DNA of 64,000 bases. Source: Sedimentisphaerales bacterium. GTDB lineage: Bacteria > Planctomycetota > Phycisphaerae > Sedimentisphaerales > Anaerobacaceae. The notes below the pieces were generated by a model. The model had not been told where the DNA came from, did not search any database, and saw only the letters and a list, made by a program, of their open reading frames with translations. The stretch lies in NCBI GenBank assembly GCA_963708075.1, contig OY970194.1, positions 5,472,001 through 5,536,000 of the forward strand. Direction: 5' to 3'. Position numbers and translations under genes: made by a program. Of the stretch, positions 37,293 to 47,593 are shown in pieces (within the stretch, counting starts at the first letter, position 1; each line of letters opens with the position of its first letter).

Positions 37293-38153
37293 ATGGACAA
37301 GAGCAGAAAAGGCTTTACGTTGATCGAATTGCTGGTCGTAATCGCCATCATTGCGTTGTTGATGGCCATCCTGATGCCTGCGCTGCAGCGGGCCAAAGAG
37401 CAGGGCCAGCGAGCGGTCTGCATGGGTACTCTCAAGCAGTTGACGCTCTGCTGGATCATGTACTCGGACGCCAACGACGATAGGCTGGTGAACGGCGAGG
37501 CCGGATTCCAACCCAATACCACGACCCACGTGAAGGAAATCGCCTGGGTCGGCAGGTGCTGGAAGGAGCCGTACAATTCGCCGACCGGCAAGCAATGGGC
37601 TATCGAGGGCACCAACGGCCAGAAAGCCAATATCATGAACGGCTCCATGTGGAGCTACACACAGGAACTCGACATGTATGCCTGTCCAACCGGTATCCGT
37701 GGCGAGTTGCTCACATACAACCTCATGGACGGCGTCAACGGCATGCCAAGGAACGGGACGCACACCAACGGCGTGGCCACGATTGGACCCAACGGCAAGA
37801 AAATGTGGGTCAAGAAGCGCGCCGAAATCGACCAGCCGACCTATAGATTGGTTTTCATCGACGAAGGCGCATCGACACCCGACAGCTTTGCCGTGAACTG
37901 GAACAGCAGCGTCACCACGTGGTGGGATGACCCGCCGGTCCGCCATGGGGACGGCACCGTCGTGTCATTTGCCGACGGCCACGTCGAGCACAAGAAGTGG
38001 AAGGCCGCGCAGACAATCAGCTTTGGCAGGCAGTATGCCAACTACAAGAGCCCCAACGGGTTCACTGCGTCAACCCCGGAGGAATTGAGCGATATCGAGT
38101 TCATTCACAAGGGCTGCTGGGGTCAGTCACATTCCAGTTTCCCCAAGTATTGA
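37293..38153 (+). CDS. Prepilin-type protein with H-X9-DG motif
   Basis: [47 protein letters not shown]. Confidence 0.92.
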   Translation: MDKSRKGFTLIELLVVIAIIALLMAILMPALQRAKEQGQRAVCMGTLKQLTLCWIMYSDANDDRLVNGEAGFQPNTTTHVKEIAWVGRCWKEPYNSPTGKQWAIEGTNGQKANIMNGSMWSYTQELDMYACPTGIRGELLTYNLMDGVNGMPRNGTHTNGVATIGPNGKKMWVKKRAEIDQPTYRLVFIDEGASTPDSFAVNWNSSVTTWWDDPPVRHGDGTVVSFADGHVEHKKWKAAQTISFGRQYANYKSPNGFTASTPEELSDIEFIHKGCWGQSHSSFPKY

Positions 38154-38277
38154 GCGATTGGACCCTGGCGCAGCGAATGGGTGACCTGTTCGATCATCGC
38201 CTTGATAACCTGCTCGTGAATCGCAAACACACAGGCACAGTCCGATGGATTGTGCCTGTTTCATTTGTGCCGGCTGG

Positions 38278-38475
38278 TCAATCGGGGGGTCTGCAGGTGA
38301 GTACGACGGCCAGGAGGATGTGCCGCAGGCGGTCCAGGCTGACCGCATCGAGGTAGTCGTCCGTGAAGTCGAGCTTGAGGGCGTCCTGGAAGCCCTTGAT
38401 CTGCATCTTCAGCTCCTCCCTGCTGAGAGTAGCGATGGCGACCACACTGTGTTCGAAGTAGCTGCGAGCGTCCAC
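38278..38475 (-). CDS. Small hypothetical protein
   Basis: 65 aa with host-like codon usage and amphipathic LKLDFTDDYLDAVSLDRLRHILLA; AAGG upstream of the GTG start. Confidence 0.65.
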   Translation of the reverse strand: MDARSYFEHSVVAIATLSREELKMQIKGFQDALKLDFTDDYLDAVSLDRLRHILLAVVLTCRPPD

Positions 38476-38704
38476 TTGTCCAAGCCTTACAATGGTTTGT
38501 CATTGCGGCTTGCGCTGTCCCGTCTTGCCGCCGCACAAGAGCTATCGGCCGCCCCGGCACGCGCGCTTCTGCGAAACCTGAGGCACGCTCGGCAATCCCC
38601 TCCAACAGCCAATTATTGGGCACAGAATTTTTTGTCGCCGGCGCGGCCGTCTGATAATCTGATACGATGGTTTTGGGAATCTTCGCGGCCTGGTGTCAGC
38701 ACTT

Positions 38705-38785
38705 GGGTGGCAGCGGCAAGCGCCGGCTTGCCGATGGTTTGCCCATCCGCCATCGGCAAAGCCTTCGACCTTGCCGCTGCCACCC
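38705..38785. repeat. Family C palindromic repeat
   Basis: GGGTGGCAGCGGCAAG...CTTGCCGCTGCCACCC. Confidence 0.87.
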
Positions 38786-38833
38786 GGAGACGTACTGTTT
38801 GCTGCAAGACTCACTCATAATCGTCTTGATGCC

Positions 38834-39886
38834 ATGAATATAGATCAGCTTGATTACGAGCTGCCGTCCGAGTTGATCGCGCAGGAGCCCGCTGCGGTGC
38901 GCAGCGAGTCCCGGCTGCTGGTGCTGGATCGGGCGACAGGGGGGCTGACGGACACGCGGTTCAGCCGGGTGGGCGACTTTCTGCGCCCGGGCGACTGCCT
39001 CGTCCTCAACGATACCCGCGTGCTGCCGGCGCGGTTTTTCGCCCGCCGCCGGACGGGGGGCAGGCTGGAAGGCCTGTTCCTGCGCACGACCGACATGCCT
39101 GAAGTCTGGGAGGTGATGCTCAAAGGCCAGCGCCGGCTCAAGTCGAGGGAGCACATCCAGCTCCAGAGCCGCGATGGATGGGATTACTGCCCGGCGGAAG
39201 TGCTCGCGAAAAAGTCTGATGGCGTCTGCCTGCTGGCCGTACCGGGAAAACCAACTCCGGAGGCGGTGCTTGCAGAGATCGGTTTTCCTCCGCTGCCGCC
39301 CTACATCCGCCGGGACCGCGACTTGGACAAAGCCCTCATTGACCGCGAGCGGTATCAGACCGTGTACGCCCGCCATCCGGGAGCCATAGCCGCCCCGACC
39401 GCCGGCCTGCACTTCACGCAGGAGCTGATTCAGCATCTGCAGGAGCAACAGGTGCGCTTCGCCCGCGTCACCCTGCACGTCGGCGCCGGCACGTTCAAGC
39501 CGATCGCGACCGAGCGCGTCGAAGATCATCCCATCCATCAGGAGTGGTACCGGATCGATGAGGAAAACGCGGCCGTCATCAACGCTGCCCGCGACGGCGG
39601 CGGACGCATCATCGCCATCGGCACGACCGCCGTGCGGACCCTGGAAACCGTCGCCGATGCCGGCCGGGTGAGCCCCGGCGCAGGCACGACGGACATTTTC
39701 ATCACGCCCGGCTACACCTTCAAAATCATCGATGCGATGATCACGAACTTTCACCTGCCCAGGTCCACGCTGCTCGCCCTGGTCGCCGCGTTCGCCGGCC
39801 TGGAGGAAATCCACAAGGCCTATCGCCACGCGATCGAGCAACGCTACCGCTTCTACTCCTATGGCGACGCCATGCTGATCATCTGA
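38834..39886 (+). CDS. queA: S-adenosylmethionine:tRNA ribosyltransferase-isomerase
   Basis: DYELP.ELIAQEP, LNDTRVLPAR, PLPPYIRR, YQTVYA, AAPTAGLHF, TLHVGAGTF, TNFHLPRSTL, YRFYSYGDAM. Confidence 0.98.
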   Translation: MNIDQLDYELPSELIAQEPAAVRSESRLLVLDRATGGLTDTRFSRVGDFLRPGDCLVLNDTRVLPARFFARRRTGGRLEGLFLRTTDMPEVWEVMLKGQRRLKSREHIQLQSRDGWDYCPAEVLAKKSDGVCLLAVPGKPTPEAVLAEIGFPPLPPYIRRDRDLDKALIDRERYQTVYARHPGAIAAPTAGLHFTQELIQHLQEQQVRFARVTLHVGAGTFKPIATERVEDHPIHQEWYRIDEENAAVINAARDGGGRIIAIGTTAVRTLETVADAGRVSPGAGTTDIFITPGYTFKIIDAMITNFHLPRSTLLALVAAFAGLEEIHKAYRHAIEQRYRFYSYGDAMLII

Positions 39887-39916
39887 CGAACTGCGAGAGT
39901 GGCATCGTCAATCGCT

Positions 39917-39973
39917 GTTCGTAGTGACGCCGAGAGGCGTTCCTGCGTATGCCCTTACGGGCACACTACAAAC
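39917..39973. repeat. GTAG-type REP doublet, family D
   Basis: Inverted relative of 12654-12710. Confidence 0.8.
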
Positions 39974-40416
39974 AAAGCCCGCGGCTTTGGCGAAGGCCTG
40001 CTTGAATGCGCCAACGACCATCGGCACGCTGCGCTTGCCGCTGCCACACGGAGAACACGCTGCTTTTCACGGGCCTTTGGAGATTCTCCTGCCGCGCTTT
40101 AAGGAAATGCCTTACGACTCATCGCACAGTGCCGCACCGTATGTATGCACAGGTACGGCTCGTGCTGAAGGAGTGGGTGCGATTTCGTTACGCCATGGGG
40201 GTGGATATGACGGAAGCCGGATCAAGGTCAGTTGCCGACACTCAATCGTTCGTGGAAACGGATGTTGATGTCTGAGTAGCTCCGCCGGCAAGAGTATTGT
40301 GCAGTGCCGGTCGCTGCGATGCAGTCAACAGGAATTGCCTCCGAGAGCATCGTCCGGCCGGCGGAGGGGCGCCTCCTGGGAGAGGCGCCCCATATTTGAA
40401 CTGGAATTGAAGAAAC

Positions 40417-42396
40417 ATGGTAACACAGAAGTTCACAGGCGAAACCGTCTCCCCCGGGGCGGCCAAAGGACGCCTGGTATTCTTTCAGGATGAGTATGAC
40501 TATGGCTTCTCTGGATTGGAAGAGGCGGCCACAGGCGATGTGCAGCGGCAAATCGCCCGGTTCGAGGACCATGTGGAGTTTCTTGTCAAGGAGTTGACGG
40601 AAGCGGTCTATGTTCTGGAGCACGAGTCGGCGATCGAAGAGGCGGAGATCCTCAGGACTCATATCTATCTGGTCAAGGACCCCAAGTTCCATCAGGACGT
40701 GCGCCAGGAGATCATCGAGCATGGGCGGGCGGCGGAAACCGCTATCGAGGCTACGCTGCGCAAGATGATCGTCGCCTTCGAGCGCTCGGAGAATGATCTG
40801 ATTTCCGAGCGGGCCGGCGATATCCGCGACATCCTCAGCCGGTTGAGCCGGCGGGTGAACCAGCAGAGCCGTCAGGCCTTCGAGGCGCTGCGGGGATCGG
40901 GAGCGATCGTTCTGGCGACAAGGGAGCTGTTGCCCTCGATCGTGCTGGAAGCACGGCATAGCAGCGTCGTGGGTTTCGTGGTCGAGCGGGGCAGCGGCTT
41001 ATCTCACGCCGCTATCCTGGCCAAGTCGCTCGGCTTTCCAATGATCCGCGTGGATGACCTGCGGGCGCTGGAGACGGCGGCGAACCAGGAGGTGCTCATC
41101 GATGCGACGAACGGCAGCATTGTCGTAGCGCCAGGCATACAGGAGGTCGTGCAGAGCCTGGACCCGGCCTCCTCACTGGGCAGGCTGGACCGCGCCACAC
41201 TGCCGGCTCGATTATGGGTGAACGTTGCCGATCCCGGCCAAGTGTCGTCGGGACTGCTCGAGAGGGTCGAGGGCGTCGGGCTCTATCGCACCGAGGTCCT
41301 GTTCATGGAGCAGACGGATGATTTCCCGAGCGAGCAGCAGCAGTACGAGGTGTATAAGTCGCTCTTTGAGACGTGCCGGCCGGACCATCCTGTGACCATT
41401 CGCACGGCCGACATCGGCGGCGACAAGACGCTGCCCTATTTCTCGTTCGGTTCCAGGGAAAATCCCTATCTGAGCATACGGGCCTTGCGGGTCTACCGCG
41501 AGCACCCGGAGATCTTCATCATCCAGATGCGGGCCATCCTGCGGGCGGCGGTCAATGCTTCGGGGCTGCGCGTGATGTACCCCATGGTCGCAAGCGTGGA
41601 GGACCTTGCCTTCCTCCGCAAGCTGATCACCGAAGTGATTCGCAGCCTGGAGGCCCGCGGCGAGACGTACCAGAGCAATTTCCAGCAGGGGATCATGATC
41701 GAGGTCCCCTCGGCGGTCTGGAACTGCAAAGAGCTTCTCGACGTGGTCGATTTTGCCAGCGTGGGCACGAACGATCTGCTCCAGTACTTCTTCGCAGTCA
41801 ATCGCGACGACATCGACGCCACCCAGGGCTACCGGGTGCAGAACCCCGTGGCGTTGCAGATGCTCAAGCACATCGTCGATTGTGCGGGCAAGGCGGGCAA
41901 GCCGTTGAGCATCTGCGGCGAGATCGCCTCGGACCCGCAATTGGTGCCCCTGCTGATCGGGCTCGGCTTTCACGACCTGAGCGTCGATGTTCACTTCGTT
42001 TCGCAGATCGAGCAGATCATATCGGGCCTGGACCTTGCCGCGTGCGAGCGGCTGGCGGACCAGTGCCTCAAGGCGCACAGCTCCCAGGAAGTGAGAAAGC
42101 TGTTGAGCGACTCCGTCGTCACGCGAAAGTCCACGGGCAATGGCGGCACACCCGGCCACGGCCGCGCGATCGATCCGGTGTGCGAGATCCTGATGGACAT
42201 CGCCGACAGCAGCCTGGCCATCACGCGCGAGGGTCGAACGCTGTATTTCTGCTCCGCACGATGCCGGGATGAGTACTTCCGCCGGGAGTTGTACAACGTT
42301 GAACGTGCGGTGAATCCGTCCGGCAAGCTGTACACTATCGCAGTCGCTCCGGAGGGCTGGGCGGCAGCCTGGCGAGGTGGGAAAAGTCTCCAATGA
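40417..42396 (+). CDS. PTS enzyme I-like PEP-protein phosphotransferase fused to a C-terminal YHS/TRASH domain
   Basis: ERAGDIRDI, phospho-His motif SHAAILAKSLG, VGLYRTE.LF, RTADIGGDK, ENPYL..RALR, MIEVPSA, SVGTNDL.QY, CGE; then DPVC-x22-YFCSARC-type YHS motif at about 42166-42285. Confidence 0.92.
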   Translation: MVTQKFTGETVSPGAAKGRLVFFQDEYDYGFSGLEEAATGDVQRQIARFEDHVEFLVKELTEAVYVLEHESAIEEAEILRTHIYLVKDPKFHQDVRQEIIEHGRAAETAIEATLRKMIVAFERSENDLISERAGDIRDILSRLSRRVNQQSRQAFEALRGSGAIVLATRELLPSIVLEARHSSVVGFVVERGSGLSHAAILAKSLGFPMIRVDDLRALETAANQEVLIDATNGSIVVAPGIQEVVQSLDPASSLGRLDRATLPARLWVNVADPGQVSSGLLERVEGVGLYRTEVLFMEQTDDFPSEQQQYEVYKSLFETCRPDHPVTIRTADIGGDKTLPYFSFGSRENPYLSIRALRVYREHPEIFIIQMRAILRAAVNASGLRVMYPMVASVEDLAFLRKLITEVIRSLEARGETYQSNFQQGIMIEVPSAVWNCKELLDVVDFASVGTNDLLQYFFAVNRDDIDATQGYRVQNPVALQMLKHIVDCAGKAGKPLSICGEIASDPQLVPLLIGLGFHDLSVDVHFVSQIEQIISGLDLAACERLADQCLKAHSSQEVRKLLSDSVVTRKSTGNGGTPGHGRAIDPVCEILMDIADSSLAITREGRTLYFCSARCRDEYFRRELYNVERAVNPSGKLYTIAVAPEGWAAAWRGGKSLQ

Positions 42397-44595
42397 AATC
42401 GCAGAGCGATTCAAACGATAACAAGGCGTCGCACGAGCACGTCACGGAGCACGTGGAACACGTCCGGCACGGCGAACGATACGAGCGCGTGCATCGCCAT
42501 CCGAAGCCCGAGCACCATGAAGCCGCCGGGCGCAAGAGCACATAGCGCACGAGAAGGACCAGTTGGCGGCCCATGCTCTGCACGGTCCTCACGCAGGCGG
42601 CCACGCGGCTCATCACTCCCACATGGTGGAGGACTTCCGCAGGCGATTCTGGATCTCCCTCGCGGCGACGGTGCCCATCGTGGTTCTCTCGCCGATGGTT
42701 CAGGAGATGCTTGGCTTTCGGCTCGCCTTTCCGGGCGACGTGTGGGTCCTGTTCGCCCTCTCCACGTTCGTCTTCTTCTACGGCGGCCGGCCCTTCCTGA
42801 AAGGGCTTGTCGATGAGCTGCGGGACCGGCTGCCGGGCATGATGACGCTGATCGGCCTGGCTATCACCGTCGCGTATGCGTACAGCAGCCTGGTCGTCTT
42901 CGGCCTGCGCGGGCAGCTCTTCTTCTGGGAGCTGGCCACGCTGATCGACATCATGTTGCTGGGCCACTGGATCGAGATGCGCTCCGTGATGGGCGCGTCG
43001 AGGGCGCTGGAGGATTTGGCCAGGTTGCTGCCGGCCGAGGCGCATCGGCTCGAGGCGGACGGCTCTGTTCGGGACGTCCCGCTGGGTCAACTGCAGCAAG
43101 GGGACAACGTGCTGGTCCGCCCCGGCGAGAGGATTCCCGCCGACGGCCGGATCGTCTATGGTGAAAGCGAAATTGACGAGTCCATGATTACCGGCGAGTC
43201 CCGGCCGGTCGCCAGGAAACAGGACGACCAGGTGATCGGCGGCTCCGTCAACGGCACCGGCTCGCTGACCATCGACGTGACCCGGACGGGTGAGGATTCC
43301 TACCTGTCGCAAGTGGTCAAGCTCGTCGAGCAGGCCTCCGCCGGCAAGTCTCGGCGCAGGGCTTGGCGGACAAGGCCGCGTTCGCGCTCACCGTGATCGC
43401 CCTGGCGGTCGGCACAATCACACTCGTCGTGTGGCTGGTTCTCGGCCAGCGGTTCGCCTTCGCCCTGGAGCGGATGGTCACCGTGATGGTCATCACGTGT
43501 CCGCACGCCCTCGGACTGGCGGTGCCGCTGGTGGTCGCGATGATCACCGCGGTGTCGGCCCGTAACGGCCTGCTGATCCGCAATAGAATCCAGTTCGAAA
43601 ACGCCCGTAACCTCGACACGGTCGTCTTCGACAAGACGGGAACGCTGACGAAAGGGCAGTTCGGCGTCAGCGACGTGGTCAGCTTCGGCGGCTGGAGCCG
43701 GGACGACCTGCTGCGAAAGGCCGCCTCCATCGAGCAGAACTCGGAACACTCCATCGCCCGGGGCATCGTGCGCCAGGCACAGGAGAAGGGCTTGCCGCTC
43801 GCGAGCGTCACCAACTTCGACTCCATCCCCGGACAAGGCGCGAAAGCGGCCGTGGATGGGGAGGAGATTTACATCGGCAATATGCGAATCCTCGCGAGCG
43901 CCCGCGCCGATGCAAGTCGGGTGCTGACGAAAGTCGATGAGATCGCCTCGCAGGGCAAGACGATCGTGCTCGTCGCCGCCGGCGGCAAGGTCCATGGGCT
44001 GATCGCCCTGGCGGACATCATCCGCGAGGAGTCCCGGCAGGCTGTCGCGATGCTCAGGCAGCAGAACCTGCAGGTCGCCATGATTACCGGCGACAACGAA
44101 GCCACCGCCCGCTATGTGGCCGGGGAACTCGGGCTCGATACGTACTTTGCCGAGGTCCTGCCCGACCGGAAATCGCAGAAGATCAAGGAGCTTCAGGAGC
44201 AGGGCAGGCGAGTGGCCATGGTCGGCGACGGCGTGAACGACGCCCCGGCGCTGGCGCAGGCCGACGTGGGCATCGCGATCGGGGCGGGAACGGACGTGGC
44301 CATCGAGACGGCCGACGTCATTCTCGTCGAGAACGATCCGCGGGACGTGGCCGACGTGATTTCGCTCTCGCGGCTGGCGAATCGCAAGATGATGCAGAAC
44401 CTCGTCTGGGCGACGGGCTACAACGTGATCGCCATTCCGCTGGCAGCCGGCGTGCTGTATGGGTACGGCATCATCCTGCCGCCTGCCGTCGGGGCCCTGG
44501 TCATGTCCCTGAGCACCGTCATCGTAGCCATCAACGCCCGGCTCATCCGCTACGGCAAACGCGGCAACAGGATGGCCGGGGGAGAATATCGATGA
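42393..44595 (+). CDS. Copper-translocating P1B-type ATPase (CopB-like, His-rich N-terminus); frameshifts near 42529 and 43353
   Basis: ATG 42393 overlaps the EI stop and reads MKSQSDSNDNKASHEHVTEHVEHVRH...; PGMMTLI, LLGHWIEM, TGES, CPH, DKTGT, SEH, TGDN, GDGVNDAP, YN, MSLST. Adding one G at each of two G-runs restores one frame. Confidence 0.92.
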
Positions 44596-44732
44596 AACCC
44601 GGCGGGCCGTTGAGCATCGAGCACAGGCTGATCGAGCGGATGGTCAGGCTGCTCGCCGACGAGCTGCGGGCGATGATCCACGAGAAATACCGGAGACTCG
44701 TGGAAGAGAACGAAAAGGCGCTGGCGCGTTGA
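44592..44732 (+). pseudogene. 46-aa remnant of a hemerythrin/HHE cation-binding protein (internal deletion)
   Basis: MKPGGPLSIEHRLIERMVRLLADELRAMIHEKYRRLVEENEKALAR: resembles the N-terminal GPL..EHRLIERM and C-terminal MIHEKY..VE of that family joined directly; ATGA-coupled to the ATPase. Confidence 0.55.
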
Positions 44733-44767
44733 GAATTTTCGGGTGCAGGGAAAACCGGGGACTGAAA

Positions 44768-45826
44768 ATGGATACCAGTCATATACTTTCTGCGAGCGAT
44801 CTGTACCGCTGGGTCGATGACCTCGTCGGCCGGTTCCGCGTGTTCGGGCCGGTCCTTCAGAAGAGAAACCAGACCACGTTCGAGCCGATCCACGACAGCG
44901 GACAACTGAACCTCGACTACTGCAGCACGATGCTCGGCCCGCGGTCATTCATCTACCCGTCCGTACAGAAGCTCCTCGAGATCGACCACAAGACAAACGC
45001 GTACAAGGTCGTCGATCCTGGGCCGGAGCAGACGCAACTGATTTTCGCCATCCACCCGTGCGATATGCACGCGATCACTGTGCTTGACAGGACTTTCCTC
45101 GGCTATTTTCAAGATTATTACTACTCCAAGCTGCGGGAGGAAACGTTTACAGTGGTGCTGAACTGTAATCGGGCCTGTGACAAGGGATTCTGTCCGTCGA
45201 TGGGCACGGGCCCGTTCCTGCGGATTCAGGAAGGGTACGATGTCGAGATGACCTCTCTGGGTGACGAGTTTCTGCTGGAGAGTGGCTCCGAGCGAGGCCG
45301 CGAGCTGATCGAGGCCGCCCCGGGCGTCAGGACCGCGAGTGAGGAACACCTGCAAAGGAAGGCGGCGATCGAGGAGCAGGCGACGGCCTCTTTCAAAAAG
45401 AGTATCGATACAGACGGTCTACCCGAGCTATTGATGCAAACTCTCGATCACCCGGTATACAAGGAGGTCGCCGACGAGCGCTGCCTCGGGTGCACGAATT
45501 GCACGATGGTCTGCCCGACGTGCTACTGCTACAACGTCGTGGATCGCTCGGACTTCGGCCCCGAGCCGATTGAGCGGAGGCGGCAGTGGGATTCGTGCCA
45601 GGACCTGTACTTCGCACAGGTCCACACGGGCAATTTCCGCGCGCCGCAACAGGCCCGCCTGCGGCAGTTTCTCACCCACAAGCTGGGCACATGGCTCGAG
45701 CAATACGGGTGCTTCGGTTGTATTGGCTGCGGCCGCTGCATGACCTGGTGTCCCACGGAGATCGACATCACGGAAATGGCCAAGGAGATTCAACGCGCCC
45801 CGGCGAGGGGATTGGAGCAGGAGTAG
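44768..45826 (+). CDS. Sulfhydrogenase-type beta subunit (4Fe-4S dicluster, HydB/AsrA-like)
   Basis: HPCD..AI..LD, C...CDKGFC, CLGCTNCTMVCPTCYC, WDSC, CIGCGRCMTWCP. Confidence 0.9.
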   Translation: MDTSHILSASDLYRWVDDLVGRFRVFGPVLQKRNQTTFEPIHDSGQLNLDYCSTMLGPRSFIYPSVQKLLEIDHKTNAYKVVDPGPEQTQLIFAIHPCDMHAITVLDRTFLGYFQDYYYSKLREETFTVVLNCNRACDKGFCPSMGTGPFLRIQEGYDVEMTSLGDEFLLESGSERGRELIEAAPGVRTASEEHLQRKAAIEEQATASFKKSIDTDGLPELLMQTLDHPVYKEVADERCLGCTNCTMVCPTCYCYNVVDRSDFGPEPIERRRQWDSCQDLYFAQVHTGNFRAPQQARLRQFLTHKLGTWLEQYGCFGCIGCGRCMTWCPTEIDITEMAKEIQRAPARGLEQE

Positions 45827-46690
45827 ATGACGATGAGCAGACTGGCTGTCAATCCGTTAGTCGCCGAGCTGGCTCGCGTCGAGGGAAAAGTCGAGGAAAC
45901 CGCCGACACGATTTCGCTGCGGTTTTCGCACATCAGTTCTGAGCCGCTGGCTTATAAGCCCGGCCAATTCAATATGATCGGCTTCCCGGGATTTGGCGAG
46001 GCGCCATTCTCGTTCAGCTCCCTGGATGCCGGCGATGGGACATTCGTTCACACGATCCGTGCGGCGGGAAATGTGGTCTCCGCCTTGCAGCGGCTTGAGC
46101 GGGGCGATCAGTTGGCATTCCGCGGCCCGTTCGGCACCGGCTGGCCACTCAAGGGCGCCCGGGGCAAAAACCTGCTCATCGTGGCCGGCGGGATCGGCAT
46201 GGCCCCCCTGCGCCCGGTCGTGTACTACGTGCTGAAGAACCGGGACAGCTTTCGCGATGTCTATCTGCTCTACGGGGCGAAGAAATCCGATGATCTGCTG
46301 TACGAGCGAGAGTTTGCCCGTTGGAGCGAGGAGATGACCGTGCTGCTGGCCGCCGAGCAGAGCCTGCCCTCGACCAGATCGAGGGTGCAGGGCGAGTTTA
46401 ATCTGCCGGTCCACGAGGGTCTTGTGACGAAGCTGTTCAAGTCTGTGCATGTACCGCTGCCCGAGACGATCACGTTCACGTGCGGGCCTCAGGTCATGAT
46501 CAAATTCGTCGCCGGCTTGCTGATCCTCGACGGGCAGCGGCCGGACGATATCTACCTCTCTCTCGAACGCAGAATGAAGTGCGGCATCGGGCATTGCGGC
46601 CATTGCCAGATCGGCGCCAGGTACGTCTGCCAGGACGGCCCGGTCTTCCCTCTGGCCGATATCACCCGGTTTCAGGACACTCTGCTTTAG
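45827..46690 (+). CDS. Sulfhydrogenase-type gamma subunit (FAD/NAD(P)-binding, 2Fe-2S)
   Basis: PGQFNM, GEAPFS, RGPFGTGW, AGGIGMAPLR, CGP.VM, LERRMKCGIGHCGHCQ, CQDGPV. Confidence 0.92.
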   Translation: MTMSRLAVNPLVAELARVEGKVEETADTISLRFSHISSEPLAYKPGQFNMIGFPGFGEAPFSFSSLDAGDGTFVHTIRAAGNVVSALQRLERGDQLAFRGPFGTGWPLKGARGKNLLIVAGGIGMAPLRPVVYYVLKNRDSFRDVYLLYGAKKSDDLLYEREFARWSEEMTVLLAAEQSLPSTRSRVQGEFNLPVHEGLVTKLFKSVHVPLPETITFTCGPQVMIKFVAGLLILDGQRPDDIYLSLERRMKCGIGHCGHCQIGARYVCQDGPVFPLADITRFQDTLL

Positions 46691-46699
46691 GAGCAGTCT

Positions 46700-46770
46700 G
46701 TAGGGTGGGTCCTTGACCCACGCGTTTGCCATCGAGGGTTCCTGCCGCGTGGGTTAAGAACCCACCCTAC
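46700..46770. repeat. GTAG-type REP doublet, family A
   Basis: GTAGGGTGGGTCCTTGACCCACGCG...CGCGTGGGTTAAGAACCCACCCTAC inside the hydrogenase operon. Confidence 0.9.
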
Positions 46771-46804
46771 ATGTTGGCGTGACATCTTTTCGGAAGATCG
46801 AGTT

Positions 46805-47593
46805 ATGAGCGACGGCAAACCCAGGATCGGGGTGTTCAAATACAGTTGCTGTGCGGGCTGTGAGTTCCAGTTGATCTTCTTTCAGAAGTACGTACTGGAG
46901 ACGTTCGAGACCGCCGAGATCATTTATTGCCCGATGCTGCAATCCGGCGGCGTGGAGGACGGTCCCTTCGACGTGGCGCTGATCGAAGGGACGGTCACGG
47001 AGGACTGGCAGGCGGAGCAGTTGAGGAAGGTCCGGAGCATCAGCAAGTGGGTGATCCCCATCGGCTCCTGCGCCGTCTGCGGCGGTGTGCCGGCGATCAA
47101 GAACACACAGGAGGAATACCTCGTTCAGAATCGAGTCTACGCGGACACGTCCAAGGTGCATTCGGTCCGGGCGCACTCCATCGACCAATATGTCCCCGTG
47201 GACGGCTATATCAAGGGCTGCCCGATGGGCGATCGCGACCTGACGGAATTCGTGACCTCGCTGCTGCTGGGCAAGCGGCCGGATTTCCTGTGCTCGGCCG
47301 TCTGCGTCGAATGCAAGCTCAAGGGCAACATCTGCGTGCTGGTCGCGTACGGCTGGCCCTGCATGGGGCCGGTGACCAACTCCGGCTGCGGCGCCCTGTG
47401 CCCCTCCCATGACCGAGCCTGCTACGGCTGTTGGGGGCCCATGGCCTCCGCCAATTCCAGGGCGCTGGCCAACCGGTTCTCGCGGCTGGGACTCACGCCT
47501 GAGGACGTGTACAGGAAGTTTACGGAATTCGGGGAACCCACCAGGGAATGGAAAGCCGGACAGGTGAGAAAGTGGGAAGTCGCACAAAAATAG
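46805..47593 (+). CDS. [NiFe]-hydrogenase small (delta) subunit, group 3b-like
   Basis: SCCAGCE, IEG, GSCA..GG, GCP, CVECK...C...CMGPVT..GC.A.CP....CYGCWG. Confidence 0.92.
   Translation: MSDGKPRIGVFKYSCCAGCEFQLIFFQKYVLETFETAEIIYCPMLQSGGVEDGPFDVALIEGTVTEDWQAEQLRKVRSISKWVIPIGSCAVCGGVPAIKNTQEEYLVQNRVYADTSKVHSVRAHSIDQYVPVDGYIKGCPMGDRDLTEFVTSLLLGKRPDFLCSAVCVECKLKGNICVLVAYGWPCMGPVTNSGCGALCPSHDRACYGCWGPMASANSRALANRFSRLGLTPEDVYRKFTEFGEPTREWKAGQVRKWEVAQK

Noticed and set aside
36339..38153. Prepilin paralogues as targets of a diversity-generating retroelement
   Set aside because: No reverse transcriptase, and no template/variable repeat pair differing at adenines was seen.
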